From an uncultured Flavipsychrobacter sp. (lineage in GTDB: Bacteria; Bacteroidota; Bacteroidia; Chitinophagales; Chitinophagaceae): a DNA stretch of 64,000 nucleotides. Under the pieces are notes generated by a model. The model did no database searches and had not been told where the DNA came from. It was given only the letters and a program-made list of their open reading frames with translations. Positions 8,459-17,674 of this stretch are shown piece by piece; position 1 is the first letter of the stretch; every line of letters begins with the position of its first letter. The stretch is taken from positions 16,784 to 80,783 of the forward strand of contig CAYWUY010000001.1 of the NCBI GenBank assembly GCA_964461535.1. Reading direction: 5' to 3'. A program made the translations under genes and the position numbers.

Positions 8459-9325
8459 ATGCCAAAAACAATTACTACCAACAAGACCAAAAAACTAACT
8501 CCGCTGGAGCGTTTTATAGGTGCCGATACCCGCATCATGGGTATCAATGATGTAGTTGTTAATAATTATATACAAGTTCAGTATTTAGATGTAGCCTACC
8601 TTAATAATAATGAGCCTGATGAAATAGGAAAGCTATACTTATTTCCTATAGACAATGGTAAATTTTGCTTACAGCTTTGTTATTTATTATTTGCTGATAA
8701 TGCACAAGATGGCGTAGCCGATGTGATTTCTGTAACATTTTACCCGGGCTTCTTCGATCAGTTTCCAGCAGATGTGCTTATGGCCAATCAACCTTTTAGG
8801 TTCGACCAAACTACAGAGCAGCAATTTTCGGTATGTGCACAATCGCAAACGCTACTTGATCAGTTAAAACAAACACCCGAATTGACACCTATAACACGCA
8901 TGTTGCAGCAAAGCCAAATTGTTGCACAGTTACTAAGGCGTGCACTAGAGTGTATTACCATACCTTTTACCACCTGCCAGGTACCGGCATGTAGATTTTT
9001 AGCTTTTGAATCGGAAAGAGATAAAATTCAGGATGCAAAAAACATAATAGACCAAAATTTAGAAACACCCATTACTATAAGAGAGTTATCTAGAAAAGTG
9101 GCTATTAATGAATGTTATCTTAAAAAAGGATTTAAAGCGCTAACCGGCACTACCATTCACGACTATCAGCAGCAGCTGAGAATAAATAAAGCTAAAGAAC
9201 TGCTGCAAGAAAAACGCTTATCTGTTACAGATGTGGCTAATACACTTGGCTATAGCAGCATTTCTCACTTCAGTACTGCATTTAAACGTGTTACCGGAAT
9301 GAAACCATGCGAGCTTTTAGCTTAA
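8459..9325 (+). CDS. AraC-family transcriptional regulator
   Basis: 288 aa. The C-terminal double HTH is typical of AraC/XylS (ITIRELSRKVAINECYLKKGFKALTG...VTDVANTLGYSSISHFSTAFKRVTGMKPCE). The N-terminal domain of about 180 aa is unassigned. Confidence 0.85.
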   Translation: MPKTITTNKTKKLTPLERFIGADTRIMGINDVVVNNYIQVQYLDVAYLNNNEPDEIGKLYLFPIDNGKFCLQLCYLLFADNAQDGVADVISVTFYPGFFDQFPADVLMANQPFRFDQTTEQQFSVCAQSQTLLDQLKQTPELTPITRMLQQSQIVAQLLRRALECITIPFTTCQVPACRFLAFESERDKIQDAKNIIDQNLETPITIRELSRKVAINECYLKKGFKALTGTTIHDYQQQLRINKAKELLQEKRLSVTDVANTLGYSSISHFSTAFKRVTGMKPCELLA

Positions 9326-9403
9326 TTTCCTTTAGTTTGTCGAAGTTTTTTAAAAGAAGCGGTTAATAAGGCACAATTTTTGTCTGTTATAACCCATAAG
9401 AAC

Positions 9404-9411
9404 TAAATTTG
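9404..9411 (+). promoter_or_regulatory. -7 promoter box (TAAATTTG)
   Basis: TAnnTTTG, 19 nt upstream of the ATG at 9431. Confidence 0.45.
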
Positions 9412-9430
9412 TACCATAAAATATAGTAAA

Positions 9431-9835
9431 ATGAAAAAACACTTCCTCTTCTTAGCATGTGGCGCTATTATGCTAGCATCATGCGGCAGCAACGAAACTA
9501 AAACTGATGCTGCACAAACTCAACAACAATTAGACTCTGCAGCTAATGCAAAAGCAGCTGAGCAAGAAGCAGCTAACAAAGCAAAGAACGATTCTTTAAT
9601 AAAAGCACAAGCTGACTCTATTGTTAAAGCTAAAGAAGCTGAAGAAGCGGCTAAAACAAAAACTACTAAAACAAAAACTACCAAGCCTACAAAACCAACA
9701 CCTCCACCGGCTCCAGCGCCTGCACCAACTCCGGCTCCAGCGCCTGCGGGTGCAAGAGGTCACTCTGACCAAAATGCTAACAACCCTAACAAGCCAAGTG
9801 GTGGCGGTGGTAGAGCACACGCAGATAAAAAATAA
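9431..9835 (+). CDS. Small low-complexity lipoprotein (Ala/Lys-rich helix, then Thr/Lys and Pro-Ala repeats)
   Basis: 134 aa. The lipobox is IMLASCGS. It contains KTKTTKTKTTKPTKPTPPPAPAPAPTPAPAPAG. A promoter box lies upstream and a terminator downstream. Confidence 0.6.
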   Translation: MKKHFLFLACGAIMLASCGSNETKTDAAQTQQQLDSAANAKAAEQEAANKAKNDSLIKAQADSIVKAKEAEEAAKTKTTKTKTTKPTKPTPPPAPAPAPTPAPAPAGARGHSDQNANNPNKPSGGGGRAHADKK

Positions 9836-9859
9836 ATAGTTTATACATAATTAAGTAAA

Positions 9860-9893
9860 ATACCCCGACCAGTTTGGTTGGGGTATTTTATTT
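9860..9893 (+). terminator. Rho-independent terminator
   Basis: 11-bp stem ATACCCCGACC/GGTTGGGGTAT with one G-U pair, followed by TTTTATTT. Confidence 0.65.
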
Positions 9894-9911
9894 GGAGTGT
9901 ATACAATAGTG

Positions 9912-9950
9912 CAAAAAAAGGTCGGCTCAACAACATGAGCCGACCTTTTC
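9912..9950 (-). terminator. Rho-independent terminator (A-tract/T-tract flanked, effectively bidirectional)
   Basis: Perfect 10-bp stem AGGTCGGCTC/GAGCCGACCT. On the minus strand it is followed by TTTTTTTGC, and it lies just downstream of the gene ending at 9966. Confidence 0.7.
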
Positions 9951-9965
9951 AAATATTACAAACTA

Positions 9966-10502
9966 CTATTGTTTTACAAAGTTTGAGAACGTGTAAATTA
10001 CAGCTGGAGCGTTAGGTGTAGACTCAGTTAAAGTAAGAGTTGCAATGCTACCATTTACAGAACCTGTACCTGTGTAGGTAAAGGTATCTACAACAGTGCT
10101 AGTTACATTGAATATTGAACCAGTAGAGCTAAAGTTAGATAACACTATTGGGAGTGTTACTACAGTAGCACCACTAGCAACTTCCCATCTTAAAGACATT
10201 TTAGTATAGTCTGTGGTATCATTACCATAAGTGAAATACAACTTAGAACCTGTATATGTACCACCTAAATTATCAGTACCATTTCCTTTGTAGGTAAAAG
10301 CATATCCATTTCTGTAGATAGTTTGGCAGTTGTCACCAGTTACACCACTAGGACATTTGCAAGTACCACCACTACAAGTACCACCATTAGAACAAACCAC
10401 ATCTTTACACTCATCTTTGCTACAAGATGCATTGTAGAATATTGTTCCGAATGAACCTAATGTTAAAGCTGCGCTTAGCGCTACAAGACGAAATGACTTC
10501 AT
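9966..10502 (-). CDS. Secreted/lipoprotein with an N-terminal EGF-like cysteine knot followed by a beta-rich domain
   Basis: 178 aa with a signal peptide. After it comes CSKDECKDVVCSNGGTCSGGTCKCPSGVTGDNC, which has EGF-like spacing (C-x-C-x5-G-x2-C). The remainder is Thr/Gly/Tyr-rich. Confidence 0.6.
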   Translation of the reverse strand: MKSFRLVALSAALTLGSFGTIFYNASCSKDECKDVVCSNGGTCSGGTCKCPSGVTGDNCQTIYRNGYAFTYKGNGTDNLGGTYTGSKLYFTYGNDTTDYTKMSLRWEVASGATVVTLPIVLSNFSSTGSIFNVTSTVVDTFTYTGTGSVNGSIATLTLTESTPNAPAVIYTFSNFVKQ

Positions 10503-10545
10503 AAGTATATAATTTAATTTTTGTTATCTACTACAAATATTGCGC

Positions 10546-10553
10546 CAAAGATA
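10546..10553 (-). promoter_or_regulatory. Possible -7 promoter box (CAAAGATA on + strand = TATCTTTG)
   Basis: TAnnTTTG on the minus strand, 44 nt upstream of the ATG at 10502. Confidence 0.35.
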
Positions 10554-10646
10554 CGTCTTATGCTACATAGGCACAAAGATTATTTGTCGAAAAGTTTTAA
10601 GTAGCAGCTGCACATTATAAAAAATTAACATTTTATAAATAGCACT

Positions 10647-12503
10647 TTAATTTTCCATTGCAATCTTTAATTTGTTCTTACTACCCTTTATTTGCACACT
10701 CTCCGCAGGCAAATAACGGTTATATTTTCTATACACTTTTTTAGGCTGTAGCTCACCATTTATATACAGTTCACCATCGCGTTTTTTAATACTGTAGGAG
10801 TGTTTTCTGTTTATTAGTCCCTCTTCTTCCATTTCATCAAGCATATGCTCTACCGAGTTGGCATCATCTGCAGCAGGCGGAGCAGGTGGGGCAGGTGGCA
10901 TAGGCGGCTCTACCCTACCAGACCTAGTCATATTAATATCCACCTCGGCCATAGCCCTTCTGGCTTCAGCCATAGCTCTTGCCACCTCTGCTTTACTAGC
11001 GCTTAACTCTGCAGATATTCTGCTAGCTATTTTGTCTACATCTATCTCGTCCAGCTTATCTAGCTCTACCTCTATGTCTTTTCCTATTTTATCCCAGTCT
11101 ATGTTTTTTATTGTTACCGTAGCATTATTTAGCTCATCGCCCAGGTCTATACTATTTATTTGCTTTACGGTTACCCTTGCTTCTCTCTTAGTATTTTCTT
11201 TAATATCTGCTACTTCTTTTAATATCTTTTCAGCTTTGGCTGTATCTCCATTTACTGCTTTGTAAATAGTCTCTTTTAATTTATCAGATAATGGCTCGTC
11301 TCCGTAACTAACATACACATGTACATTACTATCATCCTGCATGTTATTCTTAGTCTCCACATGTTGCTTACCATTACTATCTACAAACACTTTAGTGTAA
11401 CTGTAAGTCATATTGCTTTTAGTAGCTGGTGTATTTTTAGATTCTTTTCTTGATTTTTGTGCAAACGTAGGACTAAACATTGCAGCAGTAAACATAGTGC
11501 CAACGGCCAATACTGAAATGATAGCCGCATAGCTGTAACTTTTGTTGTTCCTTTTCATTTCCATGATTCTTTTAATTCTGTTTAACAATACATTTTTCTT
11601 ACCGGCAGCACCCATTGCCAGTTGCGATACCGACCCTTTTGCAGTCTCCAGCATGGCCAGTGCTGTAGCATATTCTAATGGTCGTTCGGTTTGTGCTACT
11701 ACTATATCGTCGCAGCAGTGCTCTCTTTCTTTCCTAACCATACGGCTTAGCAGCCATATGAAAGGATTAAAGAATAAGATGGTTTCTATTGTAGTTTGCA
11801 CTAGGTTTAGCAGATAATCATTTCTTTTTATATGCGCTAATTCGTGCAGTAGTATAGCTTCTAGTTGCTGGGCAGATAGCTTTGCTAAAGTAGCAGCGGG
11901 CAATAGTATTATTGGCTTTACAAAGCCTATCATTGTAGGTACGTCTACCTTAGCTGAAATAAATATTTTTACAGACTTAGATATATGTAACTGCTCTGCC
12001 AGCTCATGAGTAAGTTGCTCTATATGCTCACCTACAGACTGTAGTGCTTGTGTGCGCAAGTGGGATATATATCTCATATTTATACCCAACCTTAGTATCA
12101 TAAACAGTAGCCCTACTAAATAGGCTATGCTCAGCATAGGGAAGAACTGCTGTACTTTACTTATGCTAAAGTAATTTACTTCGCCTTCTGCAGCAGTTGC
12201 ATGCACTACAAGAGGCGTCATTGCAACATCTCTAGCACCTGTAGTTGTGCTGTTAGAAGTAATGTATACTACAGTACCTTTAAGATCTGTGTATGACGCA
12301 TACCAGGTATACATAAACCAAGCTGCCACAAACAATATAGCCGCATATGCTACATTGTGTTTCTGTCTTGCATCGGCATTAGGGTAGGCTTTAAATACTA
12401 CATATACTATACCATATAGCAGTAGCCCCTGTAATAGCGACACTAATAAACTCCATGCCAACGATTGTCCTAGTAGAGATAAAGAAGTAAGCCAAGCGGT
12501 CAT
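10647..12503 (-). CDS. BlaR1/MecR1-type M56 family membrane metalloprotease (signal transducer) with non-canonical C-terminal region
   Basis: 618 aa with N-terminal TM helices and the zinc motif HELAHIKRNDY. After a further TM segment comes an acidic coiled-coil-like stretch, a proline-rich PPMPPAPPAPP linker and a small basic C-terminal domain. No penicillin-binding-type sensor is recognisable. It lies immediately downstream of the BlaI-family gene. Confidence 0.85.
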   Translation of the reverse strand: MTAWLTSLSLLGQSLAWSLLVSLLQGLLLYGIVYVVFKAYPNADARQKHNVAYAAILFVAAWFMYTWYASYTDLKGTVVYITSNSTTTGARDVAMTPLVVHATAAEGEVNYFSISKVQQFFPMLSIAYLVGLLFMILRLGINMRYISHLRTQALQSVGEHIEQLTHELAEQLHISKSVKIFISAKVDVPTMIGFVKPIILLPAATLAKLSAQQLEAILLHELAHIKRNDYLLNLVQTTIETILFFNPFIWLLSRMVRKEREHCCDDIVVAQTERPLEYATALAMLETAKGSVSQLAMGAAGKKNVLLNRIKRIMEMKRNNKSYSYAAIISVLAVGTMFTAAMFSPTFAQKSRKESKNTPATKSNMTYSYTKVFVDSNGKQHVETKNNMQDDSNVHVYVSYGDEPLSDKLKETIYKAVNGDTAKAEKILKEVADIKENTKREARVTVKQINSIDLGDELNNATVTIKNIDWDKIGKDIEVELDKLDEIDVDKIASRISAELSASKAEVARAMAEARRAMAEVDINMTRSGRVEPPMPPAPPAPPAADDANSVEHMLDEMEEEGLINRKHSYSIKKRDGELYINGELQPKKVYRKYNRYLPAESVQIKGSKNKLKIAMEN

Positions 12504-12542
12504 GATCAGTAGATTTTAGTAGTTAGGTAAATTGGTTTAGTG

Positions 12543-12926
12543 TTATTTTCCTTTTTGTTTCTCCATGGTTTGCAAAAACTGCATTATTTCTTCCAACTCT
12601 TTAGGGGTGGTACTTGCATTACCTAAGGCTTGCATCACCAGTTTAGATGCCGAACCATTGAACACATTATCTATCAAACGCTTTACAATTTGTCCCTTTG
12701 TATCTTCTTGCGATACCAAGGCTGCATAGATGTGACTTTTACCGGCCGCATCTCTACTCAGTAAATTTTTATCGTGCATTATCTGCATCAACTTTAGCGT
12801 AGTAGTATAGCCTGAATCTTTGGTAAGAGCTAGTACATCGTGCACCTCTCTTACGGTGCTAGGTCCTTTTTCCCATAGCACATTCAGTATTTCTAATTCA
12901 CTTTCTGTAGGTTTTACCGGAGTCAT
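12543..12926 (-). CDS. BlaI/MecI/CopY-family transcriptional repressor
   Basis: The track ORF runs 12543-13064. The likely start is the ATG at 12926 (MTPVKPTESELEILNVLWEKGPSTVREVHDVL...), giving about 127 aa, the typical BlaI size and winged-helix N-terminus. The upstream ORF extension covers the operator/promoter. Confidence 0.85.
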   Translation of the reverse strand: MTPVKPTESELEILNVLWEKGPSTVREVHDVLALTKDSGYTTTLKLMQIMHDKNLLSRDAAGKSHIYAALVSQEDTKGQIVKRLIDNVFNGSASKLVMQALGNASTTPKELEEIMQFLQTMEKQKGK

Positions 12927-12935
12927 ATTTCTGAT

Positions 12936-12975
12936 TACGAATATTTTCGTAGACAAACCTACGAATATTTTCGTA
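12936..12975. promoter_or_regulatory. Tandem palindromic operator: two identical copies of TACGAATATTTTCGTA
   Basis: Copies lie at 12936-12951 and 12960-12975. Each has TACGAA/TTCGTA inverted arms with a 4-bp spacer. Centre-to-centre spacing is 24 bp, and the first copy is 10 nt upstream of the BlaI ATG. The TAC...GTA ends resemble BlaI/MecI/CopY boxes. Confidence 0.55.
12954..12961 (-). promoter_or_regulatory. -7 promoter box (CAAACCTA on + strand = TAGGTTTG) between the two operator palindromes
   Basis: TAnnTTTG on the minus strand, 28 nt upstream of the BlaI ATG. It sits in the gap between the two palindromes and overlaps them. Confidence 0.45.
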
Positions 12976-13038
12976 ATGAAAAATTTAAAACTACTGTTTA
13001 GATTATTTTTAACAGTTTGGGGGATATCATTAAAAAAT

Positions 13039-13066
13039 AAGTGCAACCCGTTTGCAGGTTGCACTT
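13039..13066 (-). terminator. Rho-independent terminator of clpC
   Basis: Perfect 10-bp stem AAGTGCAACC/GGTTGCACTT with an 8-nt loop. On the minus strand it is followed by ATTTTTTA. It lies 30 nt past the clpC stop. Confidence 0.7.
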
Positions 13067-13095
13067 ATTGTATAATCTTACTTTCTAGCTTTTTA

Positions 13096-15645
13096 TTATG
13101 AAACTTCGCCGGTTGGCTCTGCAGCTACTGTAGCAGAAGAATCAATCATAAATACTATTTTCTTCTCTGTTTCGCTATAGTCGGCAGTTACTTTATCGCC
13201 GGCTTTAATTCTATGGTTGAGTATTTCTTCTGCCAATGGATCTTCCAGATATTTCTGTATAGCCCTATGTAGCGGACGAGCACCAAACTCATGATCGTAG
13301 CCCTTCTCTGATATGAATTTCTTAGCTTCAGCAGAAAGCTCCATAGTAAACCCAAGAGTATTTAAGCGCTTCATCACATCCTTCATTATAATCTCTATAA
13401 TTTGGCTGATGTGTGATTCTTCAAGTGCATTGAAAATGATTACATCATCAATACGGTTTAAGAACTCCGGAGAGAAAGTACGCTTTAATGCCTTTTCTAT
13501 CACACCTTTACTGCTTTCCTCGCTAGTAGATGTTTTAGCTGCTGTAGCAAAGCCTACTCCTGTACCAAAGTCTTTCAACTGACGAACACCAATATTAGAC
13601 GTCATGATGATTAAAGTATTCTTAAAGTCTACTTTTCTTCCTAAGCCGTCGGTAAGTTGTCCATCGTCAAGCACTTGTAGCAATATATTAAAGATGTCAG
13701 GATGTGCCTTCTCTATCTCGTCAAGCAATACTACAGAGTATGGTTTACGTCTTACTTTTTCAGTAAGCTGTCCACCCTCTTCATAGCCCACATATCCCGG
13801 AGGCGCACCTATCAACCTGCTAAGCGAGAATTTTTCCATATACTCACTCATATCTACACGTATCAAAGCGTCTTCGCTATCAAACATGTGTCTTGCTAAT
13901 GCTCTGGCAAGTTCGGTTTTACCTACGCCTGTAGGTCCCAAGAATATGAATGAACCAATAGGCTTACGAGGATCCTTCAAACCTACACGATTACGCTGTA
14001 TAGATTTCACTACTTTACCAATTGCCTCATCTTGACCCACAACTACACCTTTAAGGTCATCTCCCATTCTGCGTAGTTTATCGCTTTCAGCTTCTACCAT
14101 ACGCATCACAGGTATACCTGTCATCATATGTATCACTTCAGCAATAGCCTCTTCATTTATTGGGAAACGCTTATGTTTGGCTTCTTCCTCCCAGTCAGCT
14201 TTTGCTTTTTCTAGCTCTTCACCTAAGCGCTTTTCTTTATCGCGCAAGGCAGCAGCCTCTTCAAAACGCTGGCTTTTTACTACTTTATTTTTCTCTTGCT
14301 TTATTTCCTCTATTTTCTTCTCTAACTCAAGGATATTTTCAGGAACATTGATGTTTTTCAAATGCACTCTAGCACCCGATTCGTCTAGCACATCTATAGC
14401 TTTATCAGGCAATAGTCTATCTGTCATGTATCGGTCGCTCAACTTCACACAAGCTTCAATAGCCTCTTGATCATACACCACATTGTGGAAGTCTTCGTAC
14501 TTAGACTTGATGTTATTTAAGATAGTGATAGTATCCTCAACACTAGGTGGCTCTATCAATACTTTTTGGAAACGACGATCCAATGCACCATCTTTTTCAA
14601 TGTACATTCTGTATTCATCAAGCGTAGATGCGCCTATGCATTGCAGATCTCCTCTAGCCAATGCCGGCTTAAAGATGTTAGAAGCATCTAAAGAACCAGA
14701 AGCACCACCGGCACCTACTATAGTATGAATCTCATCTATAAACAGGATAACGTCACGGTTTTTCTCTAGTTCATTCATAATGGCCTTCATGCGCTCTTCA
14801 AACTGACCACGATATTTAGTACCCGCTACCAAAGCAGCTAAGTCTAAACTAATCACACGTTTGTCAAACAGCACTCGAGACACTTTGCGTTGCACTATGC
14901 GCAATGCCAAGCCTTCTACTATTGCAGTTTTACCCACACCCGGCTCGCCTATCAATATTGGGTTGTTTTTCTTACGGCGAGATAAGATTTGAGATACACG
15001 CTCAATCTCATCTTCACGACCCACTATAGGATCTAAAGTACCCATTTCAGCCAGCTTGGTTATATCTCTACCAAAGTTGTCTAATACCGGTGTTTTAGAC
15101 TTAGTGGCACCAGGCGTAGTTTGCTTACGCTGCTGGTATTGTCTACGTTCTTCATCGTCTTCAAAATCATCTGAACCCGAATCTCCATAGTCAGCAGTTG
15201 GCGCATTACCCTGTAGTATGCTTAGCTCGTTTTTAAAGCGGTCGTAGTCAACATCATAATTGCCTAAGATTTGTGTAGCCACATTCTCTTTATTTTTCAA
15301 TATAGACAACATCAAATGTTCTGTTTCTACGGTAGGGCTTTTTAGCGATTTAGCCTCTAGTACCGTAATACGAATCACTTTTTCGGCTTGTTTGGTTAGT
15401 GGTAAACTATTGATGTTAGCCAAGGGCTTATTGCTTTTATCTTTTATAGCATTTTCAAGCTCTTTGCGTAGTTCAAACAAATCTACCTGCATAGTTTGCA
15501 GCACTCTTAAAGCCATACCATCACCTTCCCTGATAAGGCCGAGCAACAGATGCTCTGTGCCAATAAAATCATTCCCTAACCTCAGCGCTTCTTCCCGACT
15601 GTAAGAAATGATTTCTTTTACTTTTGGTGAGAAATTGGAATCCAT
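13096..15645 (-). CDS. clpC: ATP-dependent Clp protease ATP-binding subunit ClpC (class I AAA+ chaperone)
   Basis: 849 aa. It has a Clp_N repeat ([26 protein letters not shown]) and two Walker A motifs ([18 protein letters not shown]). A UVR-like linker is present ([16 protein letters not shown]), and the C-terminal D2-small domain is present. Confidence 0.92.
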   Translation of the reverse strand: MDSNFSPKVKEIISYSREEALRLGNDFIGTEHLLLGLIREGDGMALRVLQTMQVDLFELRKELENAIKDKSNKPLANINSLPLTKQAEKVIRITVLEAKSLKSPTVETEHLMLSILKNKENVATQILGNYDVDYDRFKNELSILQGNAPTADYGDSGSDDFEDDEERRQYQQRKQTTPGATKSKTPVLDNFGRDITKLAEMGTLDPIVGREDEIERVSQILSRRKKNNPILIGEPGVGKTAIVEGLALRIVQRKVSRVLFDKRVISLDLAALVAGTKYRGQFEERMKAIMNELEKNRDVILFIDEIHTIVGAGGASGSLDASNIFKPALARGDLQCIGASTLDEYRMYIEKDGALDRRFQKVLIEPPSVEDTITILNNIKSKYEDFHNVVYDQEAIEACVKLSDRYMTDRLLPDKAIDVLDESGARVHLKNINVPENILELEKKIEEIKQEKNKVVKSQRFEEAAALRDKEKRLGEELEKAKADWEEEAKHKRFPINEEAIAEVIHMMTGIPVMRMVEAESDKLRRMGDDLKGVVVGQDEAIGKVVKSIQRNRVGLKDPRKPIGSFIFLGPTGVGKTELARALARHMFDSEDALIRVDMSEYMEKFSLSRLIGAPPGYVGYEEGGQLTEKVRRKPYSVVLLDEIEKAHPDIFNILLQVLDDGQLTDGLGRKVDFKNTLIIMTSNIGVRQLKDFGTGVGFATAAKTSTSEESSKGVIEKALKRTFSPEFLNRIDDVIIFNALEESHISQIIEIIMKDVMKRLNTLGFTMELSAEAKKFISEKGYDHEFGARPLHRAIQKYLEDPLAEEILNHRIKAGDKVTADYSETEKKIVFMIDSSATVAAEPTGEVS

Positions 15646-15811
15646 TATTATCTCCCTCTTTTTTAATTAAAATTAAGTAATAAAACACGATAATGAAATA
15701 GGGCTTTTTTATAATGCTATTTGCAAATGTTGCAAGTTTATAGCCTGTATTTCAGCTTATTATGTTTGTAAGAACTAGAATGACTATTTTTATAAACTTA
15801 AAGAACAATTT

Positions 15812-16189
15812 ATGCAGTTCAAAATTGATACCAAAGATTCTTACACGCTCATTACCTTATCAGAAAACGTACTTAATGTAAAATTGGCAGAAATTCTTGC
15901 CCAAGAATGTATAAATATAAGGCAAAACGGCAGAGCTAACATCATAATTGATTTAAGTAGTGTCTCTACTATAGAGACGGATGCCATAGATCAAATGTTG
16001 GTAATGCATGAAGAAAGCTACAGTAATGATGATTCTCTGGTATTTACAGGAATACATCCTTCGCTATTAGCCGGATTTAAAGAAAAGGAAGCAGATATGA
16101 TTTTGAACATTGCCCCTAAGCTAATAGAGGCAATTGATATAGTGAATATGGAAATACTAGAAAGAGACCTAATGAACGAAGAGGATTAG
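15812..16189 (+). CDS. STAS-domain protein (anti-sigma-factor-antagonist-like)
   Basis: 125 aa. Size and pattern match SpoIIAA-like STAS domains (YTLITLSE...IIIDLSSVSTIETDAIDQML...LVFTGIHPSL). No partner kinase or phosphatase lies in the window. Confidence 0.55.
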   Translation: MQFKIDTKDSYTLITLSENVLNVKLAEILAQECINIRQNGRANIIIDLSSVSTIETDAIDQMLVMHEESYSNDDSLVFTGIHPSLLAGFKEKEADMILNIAPKLIEAIDIVNMEILERDLMNEED

Positions 16190-16818
16190 TTTAAAGTACC
16201 AACTATTGCTTCTAACTCGGATAATATCATGGCTGTTGCGCCCCATATTATAGTTCCATCTTCTAGTTTGTAAGCATTTACTTTACGCAATACTCCAGGC
16301 ACTGCTGGAGAGGTTACATCTGTTTGTATCTTTCTTTCTGGATGAAATAATGTAGGTATAGGCACTTCTAATACATAAGAAACCTCAGAACGACTAAGCT
16401 CTAAGTGCGGTCTTTGTGGTAAAAAACCTAAATATGGCTGCACATTAAAGTTGCTCACAGGTATGTACAGAGGCGTTAGTGCACCCACCACATCTACTGT
16501 ATGTGGCAATACGCCAACTTCTTCATAAGCCTCTCTTAGCGCAGTTACCTTTAGGTCGCCATCTTCTATTTCGTACCTGCCACCAGGAAAACTCACTTGC
16601 CCACTATGTGCCCCTTTATCTTCCATCCTCTTCATTAGCAATATATGTAGGGCTGTTTCTACAGGATATAATAAGCACAATACAGCACTTTGCTTAGCAG
16701 TAGGGGGTATTTGTGGTGGCATATCTATTACCCTGCCCATCATGCGTTTCTGCGCATCAAAACCCGGCAAACCTTTACTGTAATTCTCTCTTATTATATT
16801 AAACCATTGCTGTTCCAT
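16186..16818 (-). CDS. NUDIX hydrolase, CoA-pyrophosphatase-like
   Basis: Nudix box GGRYEIEDGDLKVTALREAYEEVG. The upstream region (LLMKRMEDKGAHSGQVSFPGG) is typical of the NudL/CoA pyrophosphatase subgroup. The likely start is the ATG at 16818; the track ORF starts at a TTG at 16827. Confidence 0.75.
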   Translation of the reverse strand: MEQQWFNIIRENYSKGLPGFDAQKRMMGRVIDMPPQIPPTAKQSAVLCLLYPVETALHILLMKRMEDKGAHSGQVSFPGGRYEIEDGDLKVTALREAYEEVGVLPHTVDVVGALTPLYIPVSNFNVQPYLGFLPQRPHLELSRSEVSYVLEVPIPTLFHPERKIQTDVTSPAVPGVLRKVNAYKLEDGTIIWGATAMILSELEAIVGTLN

Positions 16819-16824
16819 TCCATA

Positions 16825-16832
16825 CAAAGTTA
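16825..16832 (-). promoter_or_regulatory. -7 promoter box (CAAAGTTA on + strand = TAACTTTG)
   Basis: TAnnTTTG on the minus strand, 6 nt upstream of the ATG at 16818. Confidence 0.4.
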
Positions 16833-16852
16833 CATATAGTGAGTGTATAGCT

Positions 16853-17566
16853 CTATTTTGCGTCTTTATGTGCCAATTTGCTCCATCTATCTTGTAGCTG
16901 CTCCATCACATCTATCTGCAATTGAAAAATCTCCATCATATTCTTAGTTTGGTGGGTCAGTAAATGATCTATCTTCTCATGCAGCAACCTTACCTCGGTT
17001 TCAGCTTTCAGGTTCACCTTGTAGTCATATTCACTCCTTTTCCTATCTTTTTCAGCTTGCCTATTTTGGCTCATCATTATTATAGGAGCTTGTACAGCTG
17101 CCAAGCACGACAACACTAAATTGAGCAAAATAAAGGGATAGGGATCAAATCCTTTATTACCTAAAAACCAAGCATTTATCAACATCCATACTACCAATAC
17201 CATAAAGAAGATGATTATAAATGGCCAGCTACCACCAAATTCTGCTATTTTATCTGCTAATCTATCACCAAACGATAACTTTTCTTGCTCAGTATCATCT
17301 AGCAAAGGTTGTAAAGTCTGGTCTTTAGCAAATTTTTGTTGTACTCTGTTTGTCAATTGCAGATGTTCTTTAGCTTCTGTAGCAGTCATGTCTGCTATAT
17401 AGCTTCTAAATAGGGTGCTTAATGCTGCATAAGAAACAAATACAGCCTCGCCACCTACTTTATACGTAGCACTAAGATATTGCTGAACTGATGGACGTAA
17501 ATCATTCCATAAAATACCCTCACCTTCCGGATATTCTCCACCGTTTACTATACATTTATATACCAT
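16853..17566 (-). CDS. DUF1003-family membrane protein
   Basis: 237 aa. It has two TM helices followed by the conserved MMSQNRQAEKDRKRSEYDYKVNLKAETEV segment that I associate with DUF1003. Confidence 0.65.
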   Translation of the reverse strand: MVYKCIVNGGEYPEGEGILWNDLRPSVQQYLSATYKVGGEAVFVSYAALSTLFRSYIADMTATEAKEHLQLTNRVQQKFAKDQTLQPLLDDTEQEKLSFGDRLADKIAEFGGSWPFIIIFFMVLVVWMLINAWFLGNKGFDPYPFILLNLVLSCLAAVQAPIIMMSQNRQAEKDRKRSEYDYKVNLKAETEVRLLHEKIDHLLTHQTKNMMEIFQLQIDVMEQLQDRWSKLAHKDAK

Positions 17567-17674
17567 AAAATGTTTTGTAACTATAAATTTAGACGTTTTA
17601 ACCTAGCTAAATTAAGTAGACTAAGAATGTAGCTATTGTTTAACTTTGACCTAGGATAATGCGGACTAGCATTT

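Noticed and set aside
9596-9839. ORFs in other frames over the Pro-Ala/Thr-Lys repeat of the small lipoprotein
   Set aside because: They are repeat-driven open frames. Only the frame with a lipoprotein signal, a promoter box and a terminator is coherent.
10858-11265. 135-aa + strand ORF inside the BlaR1 gene, and similar long antisense ORFs at 43417-43785, 50713-51135, 53923-54315, 59578-60000 and 60574-60945
   Set aside because: All lie antisense to or overlap better-supported genes. They have low-complexity Ser/Leu/Cys-rich composition and no start-site signals.
12927-13064. N-terminal 46-codon extension of the BlaI-family ORF
   Set aside because: The extension covers the operator palindromes, the -7 box and part of the clpC terminator. 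BlaI proteins are about 125 aa, and the internal ATG at 12926 gives the canonical N-terminus.
16186-16189. Overlapping stop codons of the convergent STAS and NUDIX genes (TTAG)
   Set aside because: It is real in the sequence, but this is a common compaction feature. No terminator can fit between the genes, and I can infer no functional consequence.
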